Positions 48,449 through 60,910 of a stretch of 64,000 nt of DNA are shown one piece after another. Where the stretch lies: contig OZ024742.1 in the NCBI GenBank assembly GCA_964016885.1, positions 58,280,001 through 58,344,000 of the forward strand. Direction: 5' to 3'. A program made the translations under genes and the position numbers. Under the pieces are notes generated by a model, which made no database searches, had not been told where the DNA came from, and worked only from the letters and a program-made list of their open reading frames with translations. Each line of letters begins with the position of its first letter. Within the stretch, counting starts at the first letter, position 1. Source of the stretch: Eledone cirrhosa. Lineage: Eukaryota.

Positions 48449-48708
48449 GACCCTCAGTTCCTACCTCACAATTTCCGTCCCCCCCACCCCCACACACCAC
48501 CATAGTCTATTCGACCAATCAAACCTAGCATGCCATTTCCACTGCTGCTGCTGCTACTACCTGCCTAACTAACTCTCTCCTCCTCTGGCGCATCCCAACA
48601 CACCCTGCCATTACCCCACCACCACTGTCCTTCTAGCCCTCAATTTTCCCACCGTTATGGATGGATGAGCTGGGAATACACGAGCAACTCTGAATCAATA
48701 GATGAAAT

Positions 48709-51700
48709 ATGAATCTGCGAGCTACCAAGCACCCACGTGAAGCGCCAACCCAGAGACCCTCCCCTACGAGTGTCGACAAATGCCCAAAACTCCGAGTTGG
48801 TACCATCAATGTAGGCTCAATGAAAGGAAGAGCAGGAGAAATCGTAGAAATGCTAGAGCGAAAGGAAGTTGATGTATGCTGTGTGCAAGAGACTAGATGG
48901 AGAGGAGGGTCTGCTAGAGTCCTTGTAGGAAAAAGCCAGTGCTACAAATTTTTCTGGGTGGGAAATGACGATGGGATGGGTGGTGTAGGTATACTATTAG
49001 CTGACAAGTGGGTAGATAAAGTAATCTCAGTGTACAGGGTAAATGCAAGAATCATTAAACTCAGACTAGTCCTGAATAAGACAATTACCACAATAATATC
49101 AGCTTACGCACCCCAATCGGGGCTGCCAGACGAACTTAAGGATAGGTTTTACGAGTCCCTAATACACACTACTGCTCTAACAGACGACAAGGACTTCCTA
49201 ATCATTGCAGGAGATTTTAACGGACACGTAGGTAAACACTGCGACGGCTTCAATAGAGTACATGGAGGCCATGGAGTTGGCACAAGGAATGAGGAAGGAT
49301 TCAGACTTCTAGAATTCTGCGACGCCAATGACATGTCGATATGTAACACAAACTTTAAAAAACCCGACAACCACCTGATCACCTATAGATCAGGGGAGCA
49401 CTCTAGTCAGTTAGATTTTATCCTCATCAGAGGACGTGACAGATGGACGGTCGTAAACACAAAAGCCTTCCCTAGTGAGGAATGTACATCCCAACATAGC
49501 TTAGTTGTCAGCGACCTCACGGTCAGAACTAGACGAGCCCTGAAACAGAGGCCAACCTGGAGAAGAAAGATCTGGAAGCTGAAAGTCCCCTCAACCAGTA
49601 ACAGATTTAAAGATATTTTACTCAACGCCTACGACAGTAAAGAAGAACAGATAGAGACATTTAACGTAGAAGAGAACTGGGAGTTCCTAAAAAATAACTT
49701 ACTAGAGGCGACGGATGAGGTTTGTGGCTGGAGTAAGACCTCAAGCAGGAGGAGAGTGACTTGGTGGTGGAACAATAAGGTAGATGAAGCAGTCAAGGCC
49801 AAGAGACAGGCATGGAAAGAATGGAAGAACGGGGGGAGCAGGGTACATTACATAGAGACCAAGAGGGAAGCTAGGCGACAAGTATACTTAGCTAGGAGGG
49901 AAGCAGAGGATAGAAAATTCAAGCATGTTTTACAACGTGAGGACCAGAAACAGGAGGTATTCAAGATTGCGAGGCAGTGTGTCAGAGATAGTTGTGATGT
50001 CATTGGAGAGAAGTGTATCCGGAATGATAAAGGTGAGCTTGCCCTCACAAGTGCTGAGAAGAAAGATGCATGGAAGAGTCATTATGATAGATTACTAAAT
50101 GAGGAGAATGCATGGGAAGAAGAGACCCTACCCCACGTAGACCCTATAGAGGGACCAGCAGTACAAGTCAGCGGCAGCGTAGTAAGTAAGGCAATCAGAG
50201 ATATGAAGATAGGGAAGGCAACCGGTCCATCGGGTATAGCTGCCGAGATGCTGAAGGCATCTGGGTCTGTAGGTCACACTATAACCACACGTATCGTTAA
50301 CCAGGTAATACTAGAGGGGGCCATACCAAAAGATTGGTGCAGTAGCATCATTGTCAACTGCTACAAAGGTAAAGGCGATGCACTAGATAGAGGAAACTAT
50401 AGAGGTATAAAGTTGATGGACCAGGTCATGAAAGTAACAGAAAGAGTTATAGCACAGCTGATTAGGGACCGGGTGAATATAGACGAGATGCAATTTGGGT
50501 TTGTTCCAGGGAAAGGCACCACTGATGCGCTCTTCCTTGTGAGGCAATTACAGGAAAAGTACCTAGCTAAAAGTAAGCCACTCTACTTGGCATTTGTCGA
50601 CCTTGAGAAAGCCTTTGACAGAGTTCCACGTGCAGTAATCTGGTGGGCTCTTAGAAAACTAGGAGTAGATGAATGGCTTGTGAAAGCGGTACAAGCCATG
50701 TATAGGGGAGCAGTCAGCAAAGTTAGGATTGGCAATGAGTATAGCGAGGAATTTAGCGTACAGGTTGGGGTCCACCAGGGCTCTGTTCTTAGCCCTCTCC
50801 TGTTCATCACAGTCCTGCAGGCAATAACGGAGGAGTTTAAGACCGGATGCCCATGGGAACTCCTGTATGCTGATGACCTCGCACTCATAGCTGAATCTAT
50901 GGTAGAACTAGAGAATAAATTCCAAACCTGGAAGCAGGGACTAGAGAGAAAGGGCCTCAAAGTCAACATGACAAAGACTAAGGTCCTTATAAGTAGACGA
51001 GAAAACAGAACCCAGATCCCCTCAGGGAAATGGCCTTGCTCAGTATGTAGGAAAGGTGTAGGTAGGAACTCCATTCTTTGCCCCAAATGCAAACAATGGG
51101 TACACAAGAGATGTAGCGGGATCTCAGGAAGCTTAATTAAGAATGTAGGATTCACATGCAGCAGCTGTGCTGAAACAGCAAGCAAACAGCCACAGGAAAC
51201 AAGTACCACCAATCTCTGGGAGGGCCCTGTAGAAACAGTAGACAGCTTCTGCTACCTAGGTGACCGAATTAGCAACGGAGGTGGGTGCTCAGAAAGTACA
51301 ATAACTAGGGTAAGAACGGGATGGAAGAAGTTTAGGGAACTACTACCACTGCTAGCTGCAAAAGGCTTCTCCCTCAGAATGAAAGGCAGACTGTATGATG
51401 CGTGTATCCGAACAGCGATGTTGCATGGTAGTGAGACCTGGGCGCTGAAGGTGGAAGACTTACGTAGATTAGAGAGAAACGAAGCCTGCATGCTCCGATG
51501 GATGTGTAACAGTAATATACGTGAACGACAAAGCATAAATGAATTGAGAGAGAGACTGAGCATAAGAGGAATCAAATGCTGCGTGCAGGAGAGGCGGTTA
51601 CGCTGGTATGGACATGTGATGCGTATGAAGGATGACAGCTGCATAAAAAGGTGCAGAGCACTAGAAGTTGATGGAAACCGCGGAGTGGGGAGACCCAAGA

Positions 51701-51828
51701 TGACTTGGGATGAGGTGATAAAAGCCGACCTTACCCAACTACACCTCTCAAAGTCAATGACACACGACCGTGACTTCTGGCGTCACGCAGTAATACAGGG
51801 TACCCGACCTCCCATGGGTACATGCTGA
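48709..51828 (+). CDS. RTE ORF: APE endonuclease, reverse transcriptase, PHD-type C4HC3 finger
   Basis: CVQET, SAYAP, AGDFN, LDFIL, SQH (APE); FVDLEKAFD, QGSVLSPLLF, YADD (RT); CSVC..CPKC....H..C..CSSC. Confidence 0.96.
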   Translation: MNLRATKHPREAPTQRPSPTSVDKCPKLRVGTINVGSMKGRAGEIVEMLERKEVDVCCVQETRWRGGSARVLVGKSQCYKFFWVGNDDGMGGVGILLADKWVDKVISVYRVNARIIKLRLVLNKTITTIISAYAPQSGLPDELKDRFYESLIHTTALTDDKDFLIIAGDFNGHVGKHCDGFNRVHGGHGVGTRNEEGFRLLEFCDANDMSICNTNFKKPDNHLITYRSGEHSSQLDFILIRGRDRWTVVNTKAFPSEECTSQHSLVVSDLTVRTRRALKQRPTWRRKIWKLKVPSTSNRFKDILLNAYDSKEEQIETFNVEENWEFLKNNLLEATDEVCGWSKTSSRRRVTWWWNNKVDEAVKAKRQAWKEWKNGGSRVHYIETKREARRQVYLARREAEDRKFKHVLQREDQKQEVFKIARQCVRDSCDVIGEKCIRNDKGELALTSAEKKDAWKSHYDRLLNEENAWEEETLPHVDPIEGPAVQVSGSVVSKAIRDMKIGKATGPSGIAAEMLKASGSVGHTITTRIVNQVILEGAIPKDWCSSIIVNCYKGKGDALDRGNYRGIKLMDQVMKVTERVIAQLIRDRVNIDEMQFGFVPGKGTTDALFLVRQLQEKYLAKSKPLYLAFVDLEKAFDRVPRAVIWWALRKLGVDEWLVKAVQAMYRGAVSKVRIGNEYSEEFSVQVGVHQGSVLSPLLFITVLQAITEEFKTGCPWELLYADDLALIAESMVELENKFQTWKQGLERKGLKVNMTKTKVLISRRENRTQIPSGKWPCSVCRKGVGRNSILCPKCKQWVHKRCSGISGSLIKNVGFTCSSCAETASKQPQETSTTNLWEGPVETVDSFCYLGDRISNGGGCSESTITRVRTGWKKFRELLPLLAAKGFSLRMKGRLYDACIRTAMLHGSETWALKVEDLRRLERNEACMLRWMCNSNIRERQSINELRERLSIRGIKCCVQERRLRWYGHVMRMKDDSCIKRCRALEVDGNRGVGRPKMTWDEVIKADLTQLHLSKSMTHDRDFWRHAVIQGTRPPMGTC

Positions 51829-52338
51829 AGCATATAAACAATATGCCCCCCCCCCCCACCGCAAGGTGGTCGTGGAGGTGCCACGGCAAAAAAGCACCCA
51901 GCCCACACTGTAAAGTGGACGTGTAGGCGCCACGAAAAAGCACCCAGCACTCACTGTAAATGAGGTTGGTGTTAGGAAGGGCATCCAGCTGTAGAAATCA
52001 AGCCAGATCAGTTCCTGTATGAGCAAGGCATGGTCAGCCGACCAGACACTGCCCACAACAGGACAACCCGTCTAACCCATGCTAGCGTGGAAGAACGGAC
52101 GTAAAACGGTGATGATGATGATGATGATTTCATTATATATATTTCAGGGATATCATATTAACAATATGCTATGCCTTCCTCAGACAAAATACAATATAAA
52201 TAGTTTTATAGATAAATATATTTGACATACCGTAACAACATCGACTTGTATTTGAAAAGTGCCAAATCAACTTTTCAAATACAAGTCGATGTTGTTACGG
52301 TATGTCAAATATATTTATCTATAAAACTATTTATATTG

Positions 52339-52404
52339 TATTTTGTCTGAGGAAGGCATAGCATATTGTTAATATGATATCCCTGAAATATATATAATGA
52401 AATA
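52339..52404 (+). ncRNA. AT-rich type I hammerhead ribozyme (mirror copy 52127-52191 on minus)
   Basis: tattttgt-CUGAGGA-aggcatagcatatt gtt aatatgatatccct-GAAA-tatata-UA-atgaaata; 8-bp stem I with 2 GU pairs. Confidence 0.7.
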
Positions 52405-52445
52405 AATATGGTTTTATAAATATAGTTTCCATTTATTTAATATTG

Positions 52446-52514
52446 TATACATACATATATATATTTATATATACATACATATATATACTTATATATACAT
52501 ACATATATATACTT

Positions 52515-52547
<33 letters not shown>

Positions 52548-52591
52548 CATACATACATACATACACATACATACATACATACATACATACA

Positions 52592-52623
<32 letters not shown>

Positions 52624-52637
52624 CATACATACATACA

Positions 52638-52673
<36 letters not shown>

Positions 52674-52935
52674 CATATATATATATATACATACATACAT
52701 ACATATATACATACATACATACATATACATACATATATATATATACATACATACAGTATTAATTATACTATTTATGGTTATGCAAATACAAAAACCTTTT
52801 GCAGTTATATATATTTTTATAAACCCTAAATAGTGGTAGGCAGTAATATATTACTACCTTATTACCAGTAAGTTAAATAGCTCAATGTAATAACATCAGA
52901 TGATTTACAGAGCAGTTATATGAATTCATACATAC

Positions 52936-52974
<39 letters not shown>

Positions 52975-53162
52975 CATACATATATATATATATATATATA
53001 CATACATATATATATACATACATATATATATATATACATACATATATATGTATACATACATATATATATATACATACATATATATATCTATATATATACA
53101 TATATATATCTATATATACATATATATATATACATACATATATATATACATACATATATATA
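52446..53162. repeat. (TA)n/(TACA)n microsatellite blocks
   Basis: Direct reading; a ~175-bp unique spacer at 52753-52927. Confidence 0.95.
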
Positions 53163-54665
53163 AGTAAGATGTATGGTAGGTCGTATGTGAATCGCGATGA
53201 TCACGTCTGACCTACCAAATATGTGACGGTAGCTAGTTAAGCTCTATGCGTATACGCAGAGCAGAAATATTAGTGAAAAAGAACAAAGGAACTATTATGA
53301 CATTATAACAAGTTTATTGCCAACAGCCGTTTCGTCCGACCCCATGGTGGGACTTTTCAAGGCATATAACATGTGATTGTAAGTTCATTATTTACATCAA
53401 CGTATCACTCAAGGCTAGCAGTTAGAAATTGTGGTATACATCAGCAACTCCGCTTGTATAGTTGGGGTCTATATTCTAAGGGGGCTCTTTTATATTAGTT
53501 GTCGGGGTCAGGGATTGAAGTTTAAAAATTAGATAATATATAATTTACGCATTAACAGTAAACTAAAAGACTTGGGGTCCCGTAGAAGCACCTTAGAAAA
53601 TCCCTCAATAAGTGCATAAAGCTTACAGGCTCCAATAAACCTACTAGACTGGAAGAAATTAAGAGGCTAATAAAATAAAAAATAAAAATATAAAGTTTCC
53701 CTAAAAAATATATAAAGTTTCCTATGAAATTTCTTCAAGAGAAAAAATTTTTTTCCGAAAGAAAAAAACCTTCTTCCCCCGAGATCACGTTTACAAATTT
53801 CAGAAAACTTACGAAGTTTTGATATTCCCTACTAAGTTGAAAGAAACTAATCAATTAAAGGTTAATTCAAAGAGCCTTCTATAATTCTCTCAGAAAAGGC
53901 CCCTTTAATATTTTTAATAGGAACTTCTTCCGAGAGACCCTTCGAAGAATTAAAATTTTAGAGAGCCTTTAAGGATATATATAAAAACGAATTGAGGAAA
54001 ATTATACATTAAAAATTAAAAATTACGGTATTTGGGATATCCGAGGAATTTTCAAAAGGCTGCTTCAACAGATACAACTTAGGCATAATAGATACAATAA
54101 TTTAAGTAATTTAAGTAATTTAATTAGGGAGCAATTCAAGGAGTTTATCAAGTTGGGCAAGATTAAAGAAAGTGGTGAATAAGAAAATACATAAGCAAAA
54201 AGACAATAATTATAAAATGTATTTTTAAGAAGGTATAAGGTAGCTTCAGTAATCTAACAATGTATTATCACAAAAAATTATTATAAAATTATTGATACAG
54301 GATTAACAAAGGCATAATAATATATTCCTGCCTAATTAACAAGTAATCAATACACTATTAACAGTCAGGCAAAATTAGCTCAGGGATATCCCGCGCTCGG
54401 ATACTTTACACACACACAGCAACACATAGGATTAGCACAGACATAATGGTATATTCCTGCCTAATTAACAAACAATCGATTAACAATTGATGGTCAAGAA
54501 AATGTACTCAGGGATATCCCGCGCACGGATATTTACATACATACAACAGGATGAACAGTACTGGTGACCTTGTGGGCGCGATATCCATTATGCGTATGTA
54601 GTCATCTGCATAGCTCCAGGCACAGCTGGTCTTGTTTAAAAGCTCATGGATCAACTGGGATTCAC
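53162..54665 (-). mobile_element. 5'-truncated Penelope-like element (probable endonuclease tip, AT-rich 3' UTR, HHR)
   Basis: [11 protein letters not shown] resembles the C-terminal E..I....LLNK of GIY-YIG domains; ~128-bp tandem duplication 54315-54545; HHR at 53318-53364; TA flanks. Confidence 0.6.
53318..53364 (-). ncRNA. Type I hammerhead ribozyme, U3-A8 variant
   Basis: tgcc-UUGAAAA-gtcc caccatggggtc ggac-GAAA-c ggct g-UU-ggca, followed by aataaa. Confidence 0.75.
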
Positions 54666-54693
54666 ATATATATATATATACATATATATATAC

Positions 54694-54747
<54 letters not shown>

Positions 54748-54849
54748 ATATATACATACATACATACATACATATATATACATACATACATATATATATA
54801 TACATATATATATATACATATATACATATACATATATACATATATATAC

Positions 54850-54880
<31 letters not shown>

Positions 54881-54887
54881 CATACAC

Positions 54888-54966
<79 letters not shown>

Positions 54967-55017
54967 CATATACATATATATACATACATATATATACATA
55001 TACATATATATACATAT

Positions 55018-55592
55018 ATGGTGGCTGCCAACTCGTTTTCGAGTACAGCCACTACTTTATATCCATGTAGGAGAACTCCTACCGATGCGCTGAACGAGTG
55101 TGACTTTTTAGTCCAGCCTGTGACATGAAAACTCTGGTACAAACACTACACTTGTGACAATTACTGACACATAGTGCTGGGCCCATGGCACCATGTGACG
55201 ACAAGTGCAGAGAGATCTCCAGATATAAAGCAATGCCTGTGCCGTGAAGCTTTTATAGTGAGCAAAGGCACTGCACAAAGCCAGTCCCACTCTCTTAACC
55301 AAGATGATATTTACCAAAAAGAAGAACAAGTCAACATCATTGGATACCATCAGAGTTGCAGGTGTTATATCAGAGTTTTCCTTCTCCTAGAATTCTGCCG
55401 TGACAAAGGCTAAGGGGTCATCTCTCACGGTGATTTTGGATGGCCATTGACTCTTAAGAGCTCCTTTGCCCTTTGACAGGTTTTGTTTTTAGTCCTGCAG
55501 GATGTCCAAAGTCACCCTCCTCACCAAGAAACCTTGGTGGGGTTGCCAGTTTAGTCGCCAACGACCCGACCATGAGACAGGTTGTACTGGGA
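55018..55592 (-). mobile_element. Copy of the 34119 non-autonomous element inside a microsatellite
   Basis: Reverse complement of 34155-34725. Confidence 0.85.
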
Positions 55593-55640
55593 TACATATA
55601 TATATACATACATACATATACATATACACATACATATACA

Positions 55641-55671
<31 letters not shown>

Positions 55672-56111
55672 ATATACATATACATACATATATATACATA
55701 TACATACATATATATACATATACATACATATATATACATATACATATATATACATATACATATATATGCATATACATATATATGCATATACATATATATG
55801 CATATACATATATATGCATATACATATATATGCATATATACATATATATGCATATATACATATATATGCATATATACATATATATATATATATATACATA
55901 TATACATATATATACATATATTCATACATATATACATACATATATACATATATACATATATACATACATATATACATACATATATACATACATATATATA
56001 TACATATATATATACATATATATATACATATATATATACATATATATATACATATATATATACATACATATATACATATATATATACATACATATATACA
56101 TACATATATAC

Positions 56112-56186
<75 letters not shown>

Positions 56187-56555
56187 CATATATATATACA
56201 TATATATATACATATATATATACATATATATATACATATATATATATATACATACATATATATACATACAATAAATAACAAAGAACGCCTATAGCATATG
56301 CATATCTTTACTTGCTAACATTGTTTCATCCGCACTATAAGTGGGACTCATCAGAGCATAAAGGTTAATTACATACCATACAAGCAATAACAAATCCAAG
56401 ACATTGAAGAATGAAAAATAATAGAAGATAAAGGATATTAAGGAAGTAAAAGTAAAAATAAGAATAAAAATAAAAATAAAAATAAAAATAAAAATAAAAA
56501 TAAAAATAAAATAAAAATAAGAATAAAAATAATAAAATAAACAATGAAAAATAAG

Positions 56556-58809
56556 AGAGGCGTAGTTTTAATAATTATGGATTTAAGACTTATAGGAGCC
56601 CCCCGCATAATAGCCTGTTGGATAACTTCGAAAGTGAGCTATTATCCCTTGTTAGGAATATTAGATATAAAAAATCTAGATGTACCAATAAATTTCAGAG
56701 TAAACTAAGTTCAATCGTTAGGGACTTTAGGGATAATAAATCCATTCTGGTCCCCTCTGACAAAACTAAAAACTTATATAGTATGGATTATAAAACCTAT
56801 CGAGGCTTCATTTATAATGAACTACATAGGAACTACAAAAAAACAACGCAGAGTAATTTAGATAATATTAATCTGGAGGGATATAACATAGTGGTAAAAC
56901 TAGGTCTGGATAAACACACTCAGCCTTATTACCCCAAGCAGCCTAGATTCACCCTCAAGGACCACAAGGAAGATTTTATTAGCAGACCCTCAGTTAGGCT
57001 TATCTGCCCCTCCAGGTCTGACCTGGGGATTATTAGTAAGGGAATCTTGGATAGCGTTATTCCCCTGGTTAGAGAAAAAACTTTCCTTGAGCTTTGGGGT
57101 AACACTAGTGAAGTCATTAGGTGGTTCTCTACGGATTGTGGTCGTGACTCACTCAAATTCATCCAATTTGATATTGATGCTTATTATACATCTATATCTC
57201 CTATTATCCTCAATAAGGCCCTCATCCTAGCCATGCAGAGGGGGGCAATTACAAGGCCACAGATAGATATTGTTCTCGCTGCACGTAAAACCATTATCAT
57301 GTTTGAGGATAATCTATGGACGAGAAAAAACACACCTGATAATTTGACATTACTATGGGGTCGAGTGACTCTGCTCAGGTCACCGACTTAGTTGGGCTAT
57401 ACCTCCTCAATGAACTGCATAGTAACTTCCCTTTCCTTAGGGGCGGGTTGTACCGGGATGACGCCCTACTCTCCATAGATACTAGTAAGTATAATATAGT
57501 GCGCATTAGGAAAAAGCTGCATAGTTTTTTTAAAACCTTTAACCTATCCATTACTATGGATATAAATGATAGAACTGTGAACTTCCTGGATATTACATTA
57601 GACTTGGATAACCATACGTACACACCGTACCATAAGCCTAATGAATTGCTGACTTACGTGAATACCAACTCTAACCACCCTAGGTCGGTCATCAGCGGTA
57701 TACTGAAGGGCGTATCTAACAGAATAAGTTCACTCTCACATAGTGAGGAGGCGTTTGACTCGCAGGCTGATTACTATAATGATGCCTTAGCTAGATCCGG
57801 CTTTAGGGACAAATTGTATTACACCCAGGGAAATAATAGTCCTAATAGTAGCTCTACCAGTGTTGTTATAACACATAATATGTCCATTGGTAATGGAGGT
57901 GTCGCGAATGGGAGGTTTCTAAATGCCGGTGGAATGAAGCAGCAGGGCACCATTAGTCTAAGTAATAGCAATGGTAGGCCTCGCAGCTCCCCGCATAGAC
58001 TAGGTGAGCATAGTAACCGTAGAAATAATAATGCTAATAATAGTGATGGAAATAGAAAGAATAAAAAGAATAGAAGAAGATTGAATACATACTTCAACCC
58101 CCCTTTTAATTCTGAAGTGGCTATAAATATTCCTAGGGCCTTCTTCTCTGTGTTAGAAAGGAACTTCCCTCTTGGTAATAGGTACCACTCTATCCTCAAT
58201 AAGAATGTTGTTAAACTTTCGTATTCTACAACCCAAAGTCTGGCCTCTCATCTGGCCATTACTAATAATAAGAAAATAAAGGAAGGCCTGGACAACCTAA
58301 GCCTAGGGGAAAACACGGTAGTGGACAGAGTGGGCCGAAACACAAGTGGTGATCATTCTGAGAATAACATCACCAGAAGTTGTAACTGTAGAAGGGCTTC
58401 AGGCTGCCCCCTGAATGGTTTCTGCCTTGTTAGAAACATAGTTTATGCGTGTGATGTGGTAACTACGGCGTCCACTAAAACCTATATAGGATCAACCTCC
58501 ACCCCCTTTAAGACCAGGTTTAACTCTCACCAGTGCACTTTTAGACATAATAAACTGAGGAACTCCACCTCCTTGGCAGCGTACGTCCACAATTTAAAAA
58601 ATGCACGAACACATTACACACTTACTTGGCGGCAGGTTGCTAAATCCCATCCATATACTCCTCATAATAGAGTATGTAACCTATGCCTTGCCGAATCCCA
58701 CTCTATTATATTTGCTAAATGCCCTCTACTAAATAGAAAGTCAGAAATATTTTCCTCTTGCCCCCACCGAATATTAAGCTCTTTCTTCTACTTTAAACCT
58801 ATTAGCTAG
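56556..58809 (+). CDS. Penelope-type reverse transcriptase and GIY-YIG endonuclease; N-terminally truncated, one frameshift near 57345
   Basis: YGFKT..PP, DKT, QFDIDAYYTSI, MGS.DSA...DLVG, YRDD, FLDITL, YHKP, SNHP; CNC..CPLNG.C, IVY..YIG..FKTR..H, C.LCL.E, LLNRKSE..CPH. Confidence 0.92.
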
Positions 58810-60864
58810 CACTTCCTTATTTCTACAGTTGGGCTATCTTGTGTAACTGTCTCTGATTGTGTGTAACTGTCTCCTATTGTTTGTCTTCTATGTATATGAG
58901 TCGGTGAGTGTATACGTATGCCTGCGGGAGGATATTGATCTGGATATTGGGGTGTACAGGTGAGTGGGTGTGTATGTTAATAAGCACCCCTGTTTGGCAC
59001 AGCGGATGTAACCCATCCACGCTCGCCTACCCACCATTGGTGCATTGGTGGGTCTATCCTGACGTGTATCTTGTGGATCTGTACCTCTGTATGCGCATGA
59101 GTTGTGATGTAATGTATCTATGTAGAGCGTGTACTGTGATATAGGCTGCACTAATAGAAATTTAGCCTGTAACTGTGGGCGGACCTGAGCCATCTCGCCG
59201 TAAGCAGTAGATACGTGGCGCATGTACGTGTTGCCCTCCGATTCTGTGGTTTAAGATCTACAGGCTGACTTCTGGGAGCTCTTGCCCGGGGTTGTAGTCT
59301 TTCTAGCACGATCGGCCTTCCATATATTGACGGTCGTTGTTATGATCCCGAAAGTAACGTTTTGGCCCCGATAGCCCTCCGTAGTTACTAACGGTCTGTG
59401 TACACTTAAATCGGACAATGGCACGTGCGGACATGATTATCTCCGTAGGAATTCAATTTTATTTTACTACATCTCATCGTATGTATTTATTTTGAATGTA
59501 TTATCCGTGGTGGTGGGTCTTGCCTAATGTGGTATTTCTGTGTTTAATATCAGCTTTGACCCGGGTGTCCTACGCTGTGTGTGTGTGCGTGTGTGTATAC
59601 ATTTATATGTGTATGGGTGTAGGTGGTTGTATATGTCTGTATATAAAAAAAAATATATATATGTATACCGTCTCTGCATATGCATGTGGTGTGTATATGT
59701 GCATATACGTGCTGAACATATTGGTGTGTATAATCTTGTGATGTCCCAATGCGGTGACTTCATGGCTCTTGAAGCTATTTTTTATATATCTTTTGTCTTT
59801 TTATATATCTTTTGTATGCGCTCCAACTGTGTCTGCTTGCTTTGGCTAACCCGCCTGCACCTTGCTTTCGGCCTCTTGCTACTGCACGTGAATTCTCCTA
59901 CCTTCCTTCGATGCACCTCTGTTTGACCATTGGACTCCTGCCCGGGTGTGAACCGGTTTTTGATTACCCCACCGCTCAACTGTGTGAATGCACACCCGTG
60001 ACTTTCGAGTGAACTTTTGAGACTGCCCAACCTGGGACGTCTCCATTGCATTGCAATGGTCAAGTGATACTGATAACTGTGACACTTAGTGCCTTCGTGG
60101 GCCCCTGATATATTCAAGAGATATATTCTAAAAAATATATATCTTATCTCAATTTACTTTATTTTATTTCATTTCATTTTATTTAATTTTATTTAATTTT
60201 ATTTATTTATTTATTTAATTTCATTTATTTATTTATCTACTTATTTATTTATTTATTTATTTAATTTTAATTTTAATTTTATTTATTTATTTAATTTTAT
60301 TTATTTATTCAATTACATTTAATTATATCTTAGTCTATTTTATTTTATTTTAGTTTACCTTATTTTATCTTATTTTATGATTATATTATATTATGTTCTA
60401 TTTTATATAATTTTAATTTTAATTTTATATTATTTTATTTCATTCCTTACCCTGTATCACTATTATCTGTATATTTTATATTTTATATTTTACATGTAAG
60501 TTTGTTATATTTTTTTTATATTTTTATATTTTCTTATATATATTATAAGTCTGTTTTTCACCTATTTTTTACCTACTCTTACCTAATCCTATCTATCTTA
60601 TCTACTCTTGTCTGTTCTCTTATCCATGTGTATGCTTGTATGTAACTATATGTTGACAGCACCCCCGCCCAACTGTGACTGATAGCACCCCTTATTTTTT
60701 CATTGTTTATTTTATTATTTTTATTCTTATTTTTATTTTTATTTTATTTTTATTTTTATTTTTATTCTTATTTTTACTTTCTTAATATCCTTTATCTTCT
60801 ATTATTTTTCATTCTTCAATGTCTTGGATTTGTTATTGCTTGTATGGTATATAATTAACCTTTA

Positions 60865-60910
60865 TGCTCTGATGAGTCCCACTTATAGTGCGGATGAAAC
60901 AATGTTAGCA
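60865..60910 (+). ncRNA. Minimal type I hammerhead ribozyme of the Penelope pLTR (mirror copy 56313-56358 on minus)
   Basis: tgct-CUGAUGA-gtcc cac ttata gtg c ggat-GAAA-c aat g-UU-agca. Confidence 0.88.

Larger units (their letters stand above)
46555..52126 (+). mobile_element. Intact RTE family A LINE
   Basis: Tandem 5' monomers, uninterrupted 1039-aa ORF, 3' UTR with (GAT)n tail. Confidence 0.95.
46426..52446. mobile_element. Palindromic HHR element interrupted by the intact RTE
   Basis: Perfect 134-bp arms 52127-52260 / 52270-52403; the continuation 52405-52446 is the reverse complement of ~46512-46554 on the far side of the LINE. Confidence 0.8.

Noticed and set aside
3699-51698. Many antisense ORFs overlapping RTE copies
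   Set aside because: Shadow frames of the LINE ORFs; their recurrence reflects repeated LINE copies.
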